This document shows, piece after piece, positions 1 to 13,500 of a DNA stretch of 64,000 bases. Origin of the DNA: Styela clava (Eukaryota); assembly GCF_964204865.1 (NCBI RefSeq), contig NC_135264.1, positions 13,702,001 to 13,766,000 on the forward strand, given 5' to 3'. A model generated the notes under the pieces. That model saw nothing but the letters and a program-made list of their open reading frames with translations, made no database searches and was not told where the DNA came from. A program made the position numbers and the translations under genes. Within the stretch, counting starts at the first letter, position 1, and each line of letters opens with the position of its first letter.

Positions 1-254
1 GGAAAATGCCATGTACTTTCATCTTCCGTCTTTTTGAAGAATATACAATCCCCCAGGAGAGATCTTTGTTAAGTTATACTGTAGTTGTACAACGTTATGA
101 AACACTTTTTCCTCGTCTCATTTTGCGAGCGCGGCGCGGTCTTGGCGTTGAATATTACGAAATTGGTGTTACAGATTAAAAAGTGGACGAATGCAAACTT
201 ATGTTAATCACGTGCAGCTGTAATAAACGCTACGGAAATTATTCGGTATAGTTG

Positions 255-270
255 TCTCTCTCTCTCTCTC
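255..270. repeat. (CT)n microsatellite
   Basis: Directly visible. Confidence 0.9.
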
Positions 271-572
271 TTTCTACTTGTTAGTATATTCCTGTCCTCT
301 GTGGCTAAATGAATATCTATTAATTTTGATTTTACATTTCTATGGGGATCTTTGTGATACGTCTTCTTACCGTGCCGTTGAATCGTTAGATGAAAGGGCT
401 TTTGGCAATTTCTGTAGGTAACTGTTATTGGTATTGTAACAATTGGTATCAATATGTATTCAATGTGCTGTCTCTGGTTGGTGCATAACCTTGTCAGCGC
501 ACCAAGTTTTGCATCAAAGCCCCACAGCCTTTTCGACAGTAAAACAACTCTCTCCTTAATGATCAACCTTGT

Positions 573-597
573 GAACCCATAGCAACGTCATAGCAAC
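573..597. promoter_or_regulatory. Tandem RFX X-box-like half sites (CATAGCAAC x2) upstream of RSRC1
   Basis: GAACCCATAGCAACGTCATAGCAAC resembles the X-box consensus GTTNCCATRGNAAC. Confidence 0.4.
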
Positions 598-1534
598 GAT
601 ATCGCGCTTATCTAGAAACCACTCGCGCTTCTGTTTTTGGTTAATTTTGAGTGTTTGGTATTTTCATTTTGTAAGTTGCATAGGTTCCAATAACATCGTT
701 TACCAATCAGGAGAAAGTTTGTGTCACTGCCGTATAGCATATCTCCACTAAATAGCCAAGAAGTTGTATTTTGCGAAATCCTACATAATTCTTACTTATT
801 TGTCACTTTTCTAGTATCCAACTTTCTCTGTTTGATCGATGGCTCAATGAAAGGGCATTCTGTCCTGACCTCTGAACTCGAAGACCGTGAGACCATCCGC
901 GTCGTACGTTTCCGTCCATCGGTCGCCGCCTTAATTTTGCGACTTTGAAAAACGGCCAAGACAACGTTATTTTTGTCCTACAGTTTATTTGTCTTATTAC
1001 CAAAGTATAATTTTACATTTCGAAACAAGCATGGTGTCAAGGGACTTCTCGTCCGAAATCTTTTATTTCATTTTGTTGAACAACTTCGCGTCATCACTGA
1101 AACGAACGTTTAATAACGTAGTTATCATTTACAGTTATCATTTTTTACATTCTGACAATTTTCAAGATTTCTGTTGTTCGCTTCACACAAGCTAGCTTTT
1201 AGAGCATTGTAAGGGATTGGAATTACTCGCAAGTACCAGAATAAACGAAATTTAAAACCTGTTTCGCGGGCCACACCATTCAAAGTTGACACTTCACCGC
1301 GGGCCGCACAATTTTCCGTGTTGTCCCGCGGGCCGCAGGTTGCATGCACGCAATAGCATACACGGAGCCTTGTTTCGAGTGGAAACGTCATATATAAACG
1401 TGGTCATTATTTTTAAAAATTAAGAACATGACAGAAAAGTAGCAAATGTAACACACAACAGATAAATTTATTATGAATATATGAAAACTGCATAACAATT
1501 TCTATTTTAACAGTTATAAATAATTATATTTATT

Positions 1535-4500
1535 ATGGCTCGATATTCATCCGATTCTGATTCAGACGGCAGGAAACGAACGAGTAAAAGACCAAAAAAG
1601 AAATCAAAATCAAGAAAACGAAGCCGAAGCACAAGTTACGAATCTAGACGGTTAGTAAAAGTTAGAGTTCTGCTACTAATATACTTTTCGTCCTATATTT
1701 CAATTTTTCTTTTTTCTACAGATCACGTGACTCTAGAAGAAAATCTCGGTCCCGATCAAGGGAACGAAGTTACAGTTCAGATAGAAGCGGGAGATCAAGG
1801 TCACGTGATGAGCGTAAACGAAGACACAGGTATTGTATATACAGGCATTATAATCGTGAAATGTGTGTATTTTTCTAAAAACTTGGAACTCTGTCCATCT
1901 AACTTCGGTCCACACTGGTTATTTTGAGTGTCTGAGTATCTCTGAATGAGAACGCGCGCCCTTACTCTGTGTGACTTTTCTTTGTAAAACCCCAGCGTTG
2001 TAAGTCTATTTTTTTGTGATTCTGATTTTAAATTTTTGTGCTTCAATTTCTTCCAAGAACATTGGTTATGGGGAATTGAATTGAATTGACCACCTCACAG
2101 GTGTCTGAGTCACTCATGAGTGAGTTCGCGTGATCTTGCGATCTTTTTTATAAGTACTCCAGGATTGTAATTCTAATTTTTGTGATTCTAAATTTTCATG
2201 CTGTAGTTTTTTCCAAGAACATTGGTTATGTGGAATTGACTACCTCACAGCTGTCTGGGTAACTCTTGAGTGAGTGCGCGCGATCTTGCTTTGGATAAAT
2301 ATCTTCAAAATACTCCAACATTGCGATTGTTAAACTTAATTTGGATAAGGCGGTTGAATTTTTTGAGGTCAGCCTTCACGCACATCTGCTTATTATTGTC
2401 TTGCAACCTGCTTCACAGATCACGAAGTGACGATTCTTACAGATCAAGAAGGTCTCGTAGAAGATCGCGGTCTAGAACAAGGTTGTATATTTTCTCCTGC
2501 TTTTGAAGATTAAAATAGACGATAATTTGTACTCCGTATCACTTAAGTGCCTAACTATAAATAACGATTTTATGTTTTGAATTCGCGCAGCGCGTCATCA
2601 TATACTGTGCTTCTTTCCCACTTCAATTATTATTAGAAGATAGTTTCGAGGAAGACAATTTTTAATCCGCTATGGAAATCTGTTTTGAGACAAAGCCCAC
2701 TCATTTGAAAATTTAATTCAGTCAGTTTATGACAACACACAATCCATTTCAGATCACCTCGTCGCAGACGGAGCAGGAGCCGAACAAACTCGCGGGAAAA
2801 GTCGGAGTGAGTAGACAATCAAGATATGCTTCACAAAAGTTTTTTTTAAGAAATCTAAAGATATTGTTTCTTTTTATATTATACTTATTGGACACAGAGT
2901 GTACACATGGATTGTTTTGTTAGAATGTTGTTAGTATTATTCTCCTTGTTGTCGTGAAAAAAATCGCTTTTCTCATTAACTACCTGACTAATTGCTTTGA
3001 AATTCCCATGGTTAAAGATTGAATTTGTTCCTGGAAGGCTGTTTCAAAAACTTTTGTGTGGTCTATGAGATTCGTGTGCGAAGACGTCATCAAAATTGAG
3101 ATGTTTCTAGCGTTTCCGTGTTCGTAGTGAACGGGCGAAATCATGAAGACTGCGGTACTGGTAGTCTACTACCCGTACTACTTCGTTTTGCACTTCAATT
3201 TCCTTATATTTGATGATGTCTTGTTTTAGGTATTCAAGAAGGAGAAGCTTGTCACGCGAAAGGTAATATATATATATATATATATATACAGGGTTAACCA
3301 ATAACTGAACCCAGGCCATTTTGAACATATTGTAGGAGAGAAAACATAACTTTTGTGCAAAGTGTCCCAAATTACTGCAACTTTTCAGTATAACGTACAA
3401 TCGTACACAAACAGAAGTTCAAGTGTTCAATAAATTTTCATCATTTTCATAAAATAGTTTTGAGTCACTCTGTAGATAGATATTAGTTTTGAGGAAAATT
3501 TCACCTGCGGAAATTCAATTCCACACAGAAATATTTTTTACAAAATATTCCACACGGACAAAATTGAACCCTATATTGATTTATTCTACTAAGAGGCTTT
3601 TCGTTTAATTGATTCTTTGTGTACTTTCATATTTTTTGGACTAGTATATCCTATGTGAAATTTTCAGGTTATTTTAAGCTTCCATTTTTAATATTCTTTC
3701 ATGTGTAGATCCAAAAAGAAGAAAAAATCGAAGAAAAATAGTCCAGAACGTTCACCACCACAAAAGAAAAAGTGAGTTTCAACTATTCATTATATTTTGG
3801 GTACTCCGGTAGTGTGTGTGTGCCAGGTTAGAGTTATTAGGCCATAATTTTATTCCGATTTTCCTTATTTTAGTTATATTAGGAGTTTGGAGACTGTCTG
3901 TGTTAGCCAAGTGAATATACTCCCTGCCCATAGGTTTCAGATCCTTTACACAACTTGATGTAAAGTAGGCGAACAAAATTAGTTACCTCCATATTGGTAC
4001 ACACACTTCTGGAGCGCCATATTTTGTTATATTTGATTTCATTTTAATATCATTCTGACGCCTCTTTTTTTCAGAGACCCATGCGAAGATATTCCTGGTT
4101 TTGCTGAAATGGTTAGTTGCCTGTACGTTACAGCAGATGCCTGTTTGGTATAAAATAACATCCTAAACATTTCTAATTGAATATGAAGACGCTATTACCT
4201 TTACAATTTTAATTTGATAAATTTCAATCTAGCAATATGGTTGAAAAATTTATAAAAGAAAGGGACACGGTATTTTGGATTCGATTTAAGTATTCTATGA
4301 ATAGTCAATTATTTTGAATTGACCATTACTAGTATGTACAAGAAAAAATTCACGAAAAAATCTCAAGTACTTAAATATTTTTAAGCCATATTGTATATAT
4401 TTTATAATTCTGCTGCTTCGAATTGGTAACAATTTCATTACTTGTTTTAGACACCTGCTCAACAAAGCCGCCTTCGCGTTCAAGCGGCATTCAATGCAGC

Positions 4501-7500
4501 TGGTAATACATTAATGTTATTAAAAATTGTAGACAAATTCTAAATGTTCCAATTTGAAATATAGGCGAATATTTTTTCTGTACGTTGTAGAGCATGTCCA
4601 GTAAAAATGTAGTGAAGTGGTCCCAACGTTTTTTTTTAAGTGACCCTGAATTTTTTAAAAAATAAATTTTGTAATAGCTCGCCCCAGGGGTTTGCTCAAA
4701 TACTAGGCGGCATGTAGTGCTTTTATGGCTGCAAAATTAACGGACTAATATAAAACAACCATTTTTACATAAAATTTATTTTCCTAGAAATTAACTCAAA
4801 GTCAGAAAGCTGCGCTTATATACCATAAGCGAGTTTTTGAAATGGAGGCGTGGCCTTACTTATGCAAAATAGATGCTGTCTAGCTGTGAAACCTCACAAA
4901 TATACAATTGCTCGCGATTCATAGTAAATTCCATAAATACTCCTTTCATATTAGTGGGATCTTGTTCGGAGAAAAACAAGTGCAAAAAGATTTTGCAAGC
5001 AGTAGAGTGTGATGACTTGCTGTCTGTTGCCCTTTTTTTTCAATATAATGAAATGATAATGCAAGTTTTAAATATCAATCCTAGCCTGTGTTAAATCAGT
5101 GTCAAGTTCATTTACAGCTCATTATGTTTGTCCTTGGGAAAGAGCCATAAAATATACGATTTCAATTTAACCAGACCGAGTTGATAAAAGATTACATTTC
5201 CCTCTTAATCCAATCCTAATTTGTTATTGATAACTTCTTTGGTAATTAGAACAGCTGAATATGTTATGAGATTATTTATGTTCCATTTCACAGTTTCCAA
5301 TAACACAAAACAAAACAAAATGGTGTTTTAATCAACGCGATGAATCAGTCATACGCTCTGTTTAGATATATTGATATATCAAGACCATTTAATATCATTT
5401 TACGTATCTGTTCCTTCATTTGTGAGGTCATAACCTCAAGCCGAATCTAATTATTCTGTTATTAATTCAATTCCATTCACACCGCCAGATAATGTCGTAC
5501 GGCCTGTGTTTATGTCTTTTGGGTACGAGTGCTTCTGTTGCTCAGACCTTTGTGACCGTCATCATGTATTTGAACTTTATTTCGTCGTTTCTAATTGCCC
5601 TATGGGTTAACCTATCTTTTATACATGGTTTTGAGTTCGTTGTGATATTTTTTGCTCAGCAGAATCATCCTTTCAAACTTGCAATGTATATTATATGAAC
5701 AACATCTTGCGTGATTTGAAATTGTTACTCCGAGGCCAGGGTGTTATTATATATTGCGACCTTGTCCTTTCCATGGGTTAATGTCCCGGTAATTATGACA
5801 TTCCAGAAGCGAGAACAAAATCAAATACAAGTTATGTTTCGCTTATTACTCCACTGGGATTCGACAAGACTTAGTTGTTGGTTATGCTTTAATTGCCACG
5901 ATGGCAGAAAATAGCTGAGTCCCCATTGATAAACGAAAGCCAATCGTTAGATCCCCGCGTCACGACGAGACGGAACATTATGACGAAACCGCTTCACAGT
6001 CCTGGGTTTAATTTAATACGTGATTATATCACCTTCCTAATTAAATGACTTAGTTGTTGACATATTTGTTCCGCTGCTTTCAAGTTATATAAAGTTACGC
6101 AAATGAAGCTATCGAGGTCTCTAAGGTAATAGTGAACTCTGGTGATATGGTACGTGCGCAATACATTATTATAATATAGTTTCGCGTGATTTTTTTTCCA
6201 TACAAATCCTACTGCCCCAAGAAGAAAACGTCACCGCTCCAAATAAGAAAATTAGTAATTACCTGGTTAAGGTGAGGGCTGGGAATTCAGATTGCACACA
6301 AATTTAAATTTTCAAATAATTCCTGGATAATTCCACCGATAAATAATTACCTATTTGTTATTTTAAAAAGGGGCGAGGGTGTTTTCCTCAAATTTTACAT
6401 TTTTGCTTTAGTGCCGGGGGCTTTGTACATTTTGTAAACGATTTTTTCGAAAGATGGTGTTTTATTTATTTATTCTATGAATAAATTCTAGAACATGGCA
6501 ATAGAATTCTTTACGGTAACGCTATATGAAAGTATTTTTTACCCTTTTTGTAACGCAACCTTTTATTCAAGATTTGGTAACGGTAACTCATTTATATTTG
6601 TCATTTTCAGAGGCTCAATCATCCGCATTTGAACCTGAAAAGGGATCACCTGCAGTCGGTAACGTATATTAATTTTAGATTATTGTAATGCTTTGGTTCT
6701 GTATATCATGGCATACTGGTACCTGAAATATGGGATTTTACGGCGCCTTTTCCTGGGTTACTTCCTTTTACAATGACCTCCGACCCGGTCACATTCTCAG
6801 CAAAACGCTCCTCAAAATGGGGATTGTTTTACTTTTGCAGCTTTATCAAGTTAATCACTGAAGCTCATGTAGACTCATTTTTAGATTTTATGAAATTTTC
6901 TCAACTTTTTAAACATTGTTTGTATACCACTCAGCCTTTTAGTTAGATTGTGGATAGATTCCTCTATTTTTAAATACAGTTTCGAAGACAAAAAATATGA
7001 AATAGGCGATGAGCACAAGTCTATATGCAATCAGATGCAAATAGACGTGAATGGAGGCGCTTGCAGAAAGGCATCCAATCCGTTATTGCCGCAAACATTC
7101 GACGATGGTCCCAGACCGAATTCGGAATTTCTAATTGCCATAGCTTTTCATAATTCCTCCCTTTGATAACAAAATCAAGCGATCCTAAATATATCTTCCA
7201 TAATTAACGAATTCCAGTCCGAGTGAACTGTACGTCTGATGAGGCATTCCCAGCTGCCGACATACATGGTCTTAGGCGGGAAAGGCCGGTCAAACTAACA
7301 CCAAGGGCTAAAAGTCTGACGTCATTGTAGGATCAAAAAGACATATGATCCCAGGTTCTCGAGGAGATATTGATGTAATTAGCATTTATATCTTCATTAT
7401 TCACATTGATAATGATTTTTCCCTGTGGAATATCAAGACCTATAAACAGAAATACAAATTTCGAATGAGTCGCGACTAGTTATCGACTGAAATTTAATTG

Positions 7501-10500
7501 CGCACTAAGAAAAATGAGTTTAAATGTTTTGATATAGAAAGCGAAAAATATCATCTCTTGAATAGAAAATTAAATTCTGGTATCCCGAATGGTAAAGTTT
7601 CTCATGAGGCTTCGACAAAATGGCAGATTTTGTACTTCCAACAAATCGACTCAATAATTCAATTCTTTAAAGTGCTCCCGCTAACGAAAGACTAATGCAA
7701 ATTTCATTTAATTTTACCGCGACAGTGTAGGAAAGATCTTTTAATTAGAAATTTCCATCGCACCTAAGTGAGGTGTTTTCCCTCTCGCGAACTCTGCCAA
7801 TGTCCATTACAAGAAACTAAATGGGGAAAAAATGGAAACGAAAATTCGGAAAACTGGCGTGTCGACACTAATCGTGTTGCTGCGCTGTTTCTAACTCAAT
7901 AATGTCTCGATTTTTATTGGCGCCCAAAACGATCGTATTAGGTAAATTAAATTGGCTGCAGTAAATGGAAATTCTTTCAATTTTGTCCGTAACTTACTAA
8001 CTAATGTAATTGTAATTTTATAAATGCTCAACTCTAAAAGGTTTCCGAGTCAAGAGAAAATCATTGTCAATATCGTCAGACAATTGAAAATCAAAACTCA
8101 CTAGAATCAAAGTAAAACGGAAACTTGAATTAATTTTTGATTGTTCTGATTTTATATACTCTCGCAATTTTGTGTCGATTTTTTATTGAGAAAAATTAAA
8201 AAAAAAAAAATTCTTTTTCATTTAAGATAATATCACGGACTTGTATGTGACAGCAAAAATAAATTGCATTCTGGCCAACCTGCAATTTTGTGTCAGGAGA
8301 CGGGTCATTTTTTTTTCATCAAAAACTCAATTAGTATCGAAAAAAATGAAAACACGTCATAATATCTCAACGAAAAGGATGCTGGAATTCGAAACGTATG
8401 TTACGCTCGTTATATAAAAACGTTCGCCCCAAAAACATGAAATATTTTCACTTTCTATAGAAGTTAAATTGACGAATAGCGTGGACGAATTGTACTAAAG
8501 GCAAGTCGGGTCGGTCTCTTTGAGTTGGGTTAGAACTACAAATTAGGGCAGAATTAAACAGATGACCATTTTACATTGTATTAAAGCTATACCATTTAAG
8601 CAATATTTGTCAGTAGTGCGTACACGTTAAATACCGTATATACATAAATAATCACACTCACAATTCTAGTGTTATTACCAACCAACGCACTCTCATATAT
8701 ATATATATTATATATATTTAGATAATCAAGTCCATGCTTCCAAAAACAAATAACTGGCTAACTAATCCCATACCCGACATGGATTGGTAACAGAACGAGA
8801 GGCCGTGGTTCGCCATACGATTGAACTGCCTTATCGGCTTTCCTCTCCCGGAATAAATATGTAAATCCTATACCATCCTATTTTTGGCCGGCGTTGTCGA
8901 ATAAATGCGCAAAAATTATCTAAAAATTAAATATGAGGCCTAAATTTGAATAGTCCACCCACCGTGTTTTAGTAACAAAATGGTGACCCCGTTTGACATT
9001 TTCATTCTCACTGAGTGACATCCAAATATTTATTATATTATTAGACATATTATGATCATAAGTCTCTCGTTATATGCTTTGATTATTTATCTCAACAACG
9101 GAAATTGCTATTGTGGTTGCAATTTACAAACACCCTTTAATTATTAACTTCCGTGTTGAAATGCGCGTCAAAATGAACTTTGCGTGACATCGCTCAGCGT
9201 AATAAATATGAAGACGTGATGACGTACAAGAATTTGACGTTGAAATACGTTAGGGATTTCATTGAAACAGGTACCGGTATATTTTTTTCCCAGTATATTT
9301 ACGAATATAGAAAGTTTATGTTTTGAATGTAATTGTGTCATCATGATACTTTTTAGATAACTCTCTAGGCCTGACATGAGCAAACTACGGCTCGCGGGCC
9401 AAATCCGGCCCGTTGGGTAATTCAATCTGGCCCGCACGATACTGCCACGACCAAACCAAAACCAAATTTTGATGTTTTAGCTAAAAAAAAACTCAAGGAA
9501 TTTGTTGAGATTGCGATTGAATTTAGTTTGGGCACGAGGTTTATTGTTTTCCACCGTTGCTTTTGTAACACTGTAAACATTGTTTATAAAATGTAACTCT
9601 CTTATGTTAAAATATGGCCACCCCACGCACGAACCACGTATATATGTCGCAAAGTCGACCGTTGATGAAAAAAATTTGCAGAATCGTCGTTATTTAATGG
9701 CTCACCAAACAAAAGTGTTTGGGTTATCGCTTCTTAAAATAATTTGTTTGCAAATTGCTATATTCCTTATGGCTTTTTCCGCTCTCATCGCTCATTGAAT
9801 TTATTACTCTTCCGCGCTATGAATTATTTTATGTTTTCCCTCAAAGCTAATCTCAGCAAAACGATCGTAAGAGAGATAATAGCAGAAAAAATCAATTTTA
9901 GCTTTTCCGACATAATAATATTTTCTGAGAAATGTACTCATTATGTTCGCGCAATAGGGTGAAATATCTTCAAATTATGAAAATATACAACACTTTAGTA
10001 TGTAATCAAGCATAAAACGTAGATAACTCATGTATATAATTGAAACTACCCCGAACTCGAATTAAAAAATTAGACAAATATCTTTACCAAATGTCGCGGC
10101 TCCATTTTTGTGTTTTTACGATCGATATAACGGGTGCTTAAGTAGGTGAAAGCGTCGGCGGTAAAAATTATTTTTGTCCACACACACATAAATTAAGTGT
10201 TCCCCTAAAATATTACATATAATAATTCTTCTGTGTAGAAATACGTTTTGTCGCTATTTGAAAAAAATGTTGGGAAATAAAGTTACGTTCAAGATAGTTA
10301 TTCGATGAATATCAATAAACTTTGTCGTAATTACAGATGTGGCCTGTCGCGCGGAGACAGGAGACCCCCCTGGATCTATGGGGTTTCTGCGGCCTTAGAA
10401 GTCTAAAATTACTGAATTAACATATGACCTTCACATATAAGACAATAGGAATAAGTCATTTTTTTACGTTTTTTAATACTTGTCTGGGAATATAATGAAA

Positions 10501-13500
10501 GGTGAAAAAAATTCTAGCGGTCTCTTCAGGCCAGCTTCGATTTTTATGGCACGTATATTTGTATTCCGTTCATGTTTAGAAGTTAAAATGTAAATTAGTA
10601 TCATTGTGTATCGATAAATTTAAATTTACAATTTAAAATGTTAAAATTAGGCGTTAGTCAGGGGTGAACAAGGTTTTTGGACCGGGGCACAAAAATTGTG
10701 GCCACCTAGACTGGCGGGCCATGTAAGCAATCTCAACAAATTCCTTGAGCTATTTTCAGCTAAAACATCAAAATTTGGTTTTAGTTCGATTGTGAAGCAT
10801 CGGGCGGGCCAGATTGAATTACCCAAAGGGCCGGGTTTGGCCCGCGGGCCCAGCTTGCCCATGTCAGCATTAGAGCATTATGTGGGTATCGATACCGATA
10901 AAATTATTGTAACATATCAGTTTTGCTCACAAATTTTTTTACATCAAGGATTAAATCAATTTCCAACCTACAATGAGCAATGTTTGAATTTAAAATTTCA
11001 ATTTAAATCAGAATATTAATCAAATTCTTTATAATCGACTTCAGTCCAAATCGTGAGAGTATGTAAACTACTAGTCAGAACACCATGGTACTTTTCAGGT
11101 ATTATTTTATTCATTCAACCATCAGTGTCATCAATTACATTTGGCGTCGTTCGGTCGTCATTTTCGGTGGCGGTCGATAATCTTTAATTAAGCGGACGTA
11201 ATGGCGTTTCATCCTAAAAATCTAGCCCCTATTCGATTTTGTTGTGTGATAAACTATTAAACATGGGCCAATATAAAACATATGTATATTATCTTCGGCC
11301 AAGTTACAAGCTCGTTACGAATCTTTAATGTGATTTTTACAAAATATCCTCGTTAGGTCACTAATTAAAATCAAAAAGTGACCGCTTTGGCACTTATGGG
11401 CAGAAGTCCATCCTCCGTATGTCCATTTTGACCATTGATTGATTCAACGTCATTAAGAGTTAAAGTTACGTCATAAAGTCATACAACGAGTTCACGTGTC
11501 TCTGTCCAAGAATCGAATGCTAATGTAATTTAGGTTTCAATTTTCAGTCGTAGTCGGTTGTTTTAATAAATGCCTGTGTGTATGCGTCCACATAACAATA
11601 ATTCATGTTAATTACGTATAAAACCACTTCAAACTTGCGTTTTTTTTACTTAATTACACTTTTTTACAATTCTATGTTATTGTAAAATCTTGCTGCACAC
11701 TAACACAACACATGTATTTCTTTTTCGCGTTTCGTCTCGCCGAAGTCCGACTCATTCAGCATATTTTGACTATCACTAGTAAAGCGATGGCATGCACGTA
11801 AATATATTAGTCATTACTTTGATGAGTTTGTTTTCAATTCAATTTCCCCAAAAAACTTTTTATATAGTTTTAATATATTTTTTGTCATAATCCCCACTTC
11901 GGAAAAATTTTAAATCACAAGTGAAAGGTTTTGGCAGGCTATCCCCTGGTATACACTTTATATATGGGTAAAGAAAGTGCCACACACTACTCCGGCCTAA
12001 TAATTTGCGGCGTAAAAATTATTTTCAATAATGTTAATGCCACTTTACCTCACTTTTCATGTCCGCAGAGGCGCTATTCCCACGGGGACCTCCCTAATTG
12101 GACTACTTGCATAAGATAAACGAGCTATGTCGACACAGCCTAAGTGCTTGTAGCGTGATATCATTATTGGATAGTTTTTCATTAAGGTTTTCTTTATTAT
12201 CAGTTTAATTTCGATGTTTGAAAATTTGGTACTCCCGTAGTGTGTGTACCAGGTTAGGGTTAGGGCATAATTTTATTTTGATTTTCCTTATTTTAGTTCT
12301 ATTACGACATTTACGAGTTCGGGAACTGTCTGTGTTAGCCAAGTGAATATACCCCCTGCCCACAGGTTTCAGTTCCTTTACACAACTTGATGTAAAATAG
12401 GCGAACAAAATTAGTTACCTCCATATTGGTACTCACACGTCTGGAGCGCCGAAAATTAAATTTTGGGCCATGTGAAACCATGCTACAAACCTAGTGTCAA
12501 ATTAAACTTGGCGTTACCCTATTTCTTAACACTAGATATTAATCGTCCGAATTATGTTTACACTAAAAACTAGAAACAATAAACATAGGATTAGATATGA
12601 GAGTGAATGAAATTATATTGGTGTTAATAACTGAATAAACATTTTTCGTCTTCTACATTCATCTACTTTCGAATTTTTTTGGACGTGGTAACATTTATTT
12701 ATCAATTCTATATTTAACCAGACTTTTTTCCCATTTTTATAAATTCAGTTCATATATTCATATATTAAAATTCAAATCACGAGTAGCTAATAAAACCTGT
12801 GTTACGTGACGTTGCCACAAGAAAAAAAAAAAATGACCAAAAACCCAATATTCATGTATTGTTATGTTCGTAATGTATTAAATATTGTAACACAGTGGTT
12901 CCCTTTCATCAAGAGACCCAAATTTTGTGGAAAATCAATTTCTAAATTCTTGCGACCCAAGGATCTGCTCAAATACTTATAGGCCATAGGAAATAAAAAC
13001 TTTTGATCACGGAAACAAAGGGAAGCCTGCAATTAAGTATAATAAATGAGGTATTTGGATATCGGAAATAGTATTCCAGTGATTTTCGTTTTTTCATGCG
13101 ACATCTGGAAACTAGGATCCCGTGTGGTCCCCCGAAATAAAGTTCATGTAAAATCGTCGATAGAAGCGCCAAAAACACACAATTTTGGCCACGAGAAATC
13201 ATAGCGAACAACCAAACAACCTTTTAGACTTCATCCTTAATTACTGTTTTTTACATTCCATGGCCTGAACAAAATCATGTCATGCGTACGTTGGACAATT
13301 CCTAGATCGCCTCAGTACCCCCAAAATTGCCTTACGTGCTGTGATTGGACAAAATAAGTCACGTGAACTGCGAAATTAAACTCGGTAGTTACTGTAGCTG
13401 TAGTGACGTAGTCAAAGCTTCTTCTTAAGTGAAAATGTGACTTTGTGAAGAAATAAACTAAGGTCTTCAAATTATCAAGATCAGGTGATAAAATATTTTA

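Noticed and set aside
204-566. 120-aa minus-strand ORF as the divergent gene
   Set aside because: Non-ATG start, runs through a (GA)n microsatellite and has no recognisable domain.
3779-3976. Repeated small ORFs [11 protein letters not shown]... (also 12205-12408, 32381-32680) as a peptide gene family
   Set aside because: They lie inside copies of a MITE with TIRs and TSDs, have non-ATG starts and have inconsistent ends.
12250-12266. Interstitial telomere or chromosome-fusion scar
   Set aside because: Only about two TTAGGG units, always inside the MITE body.
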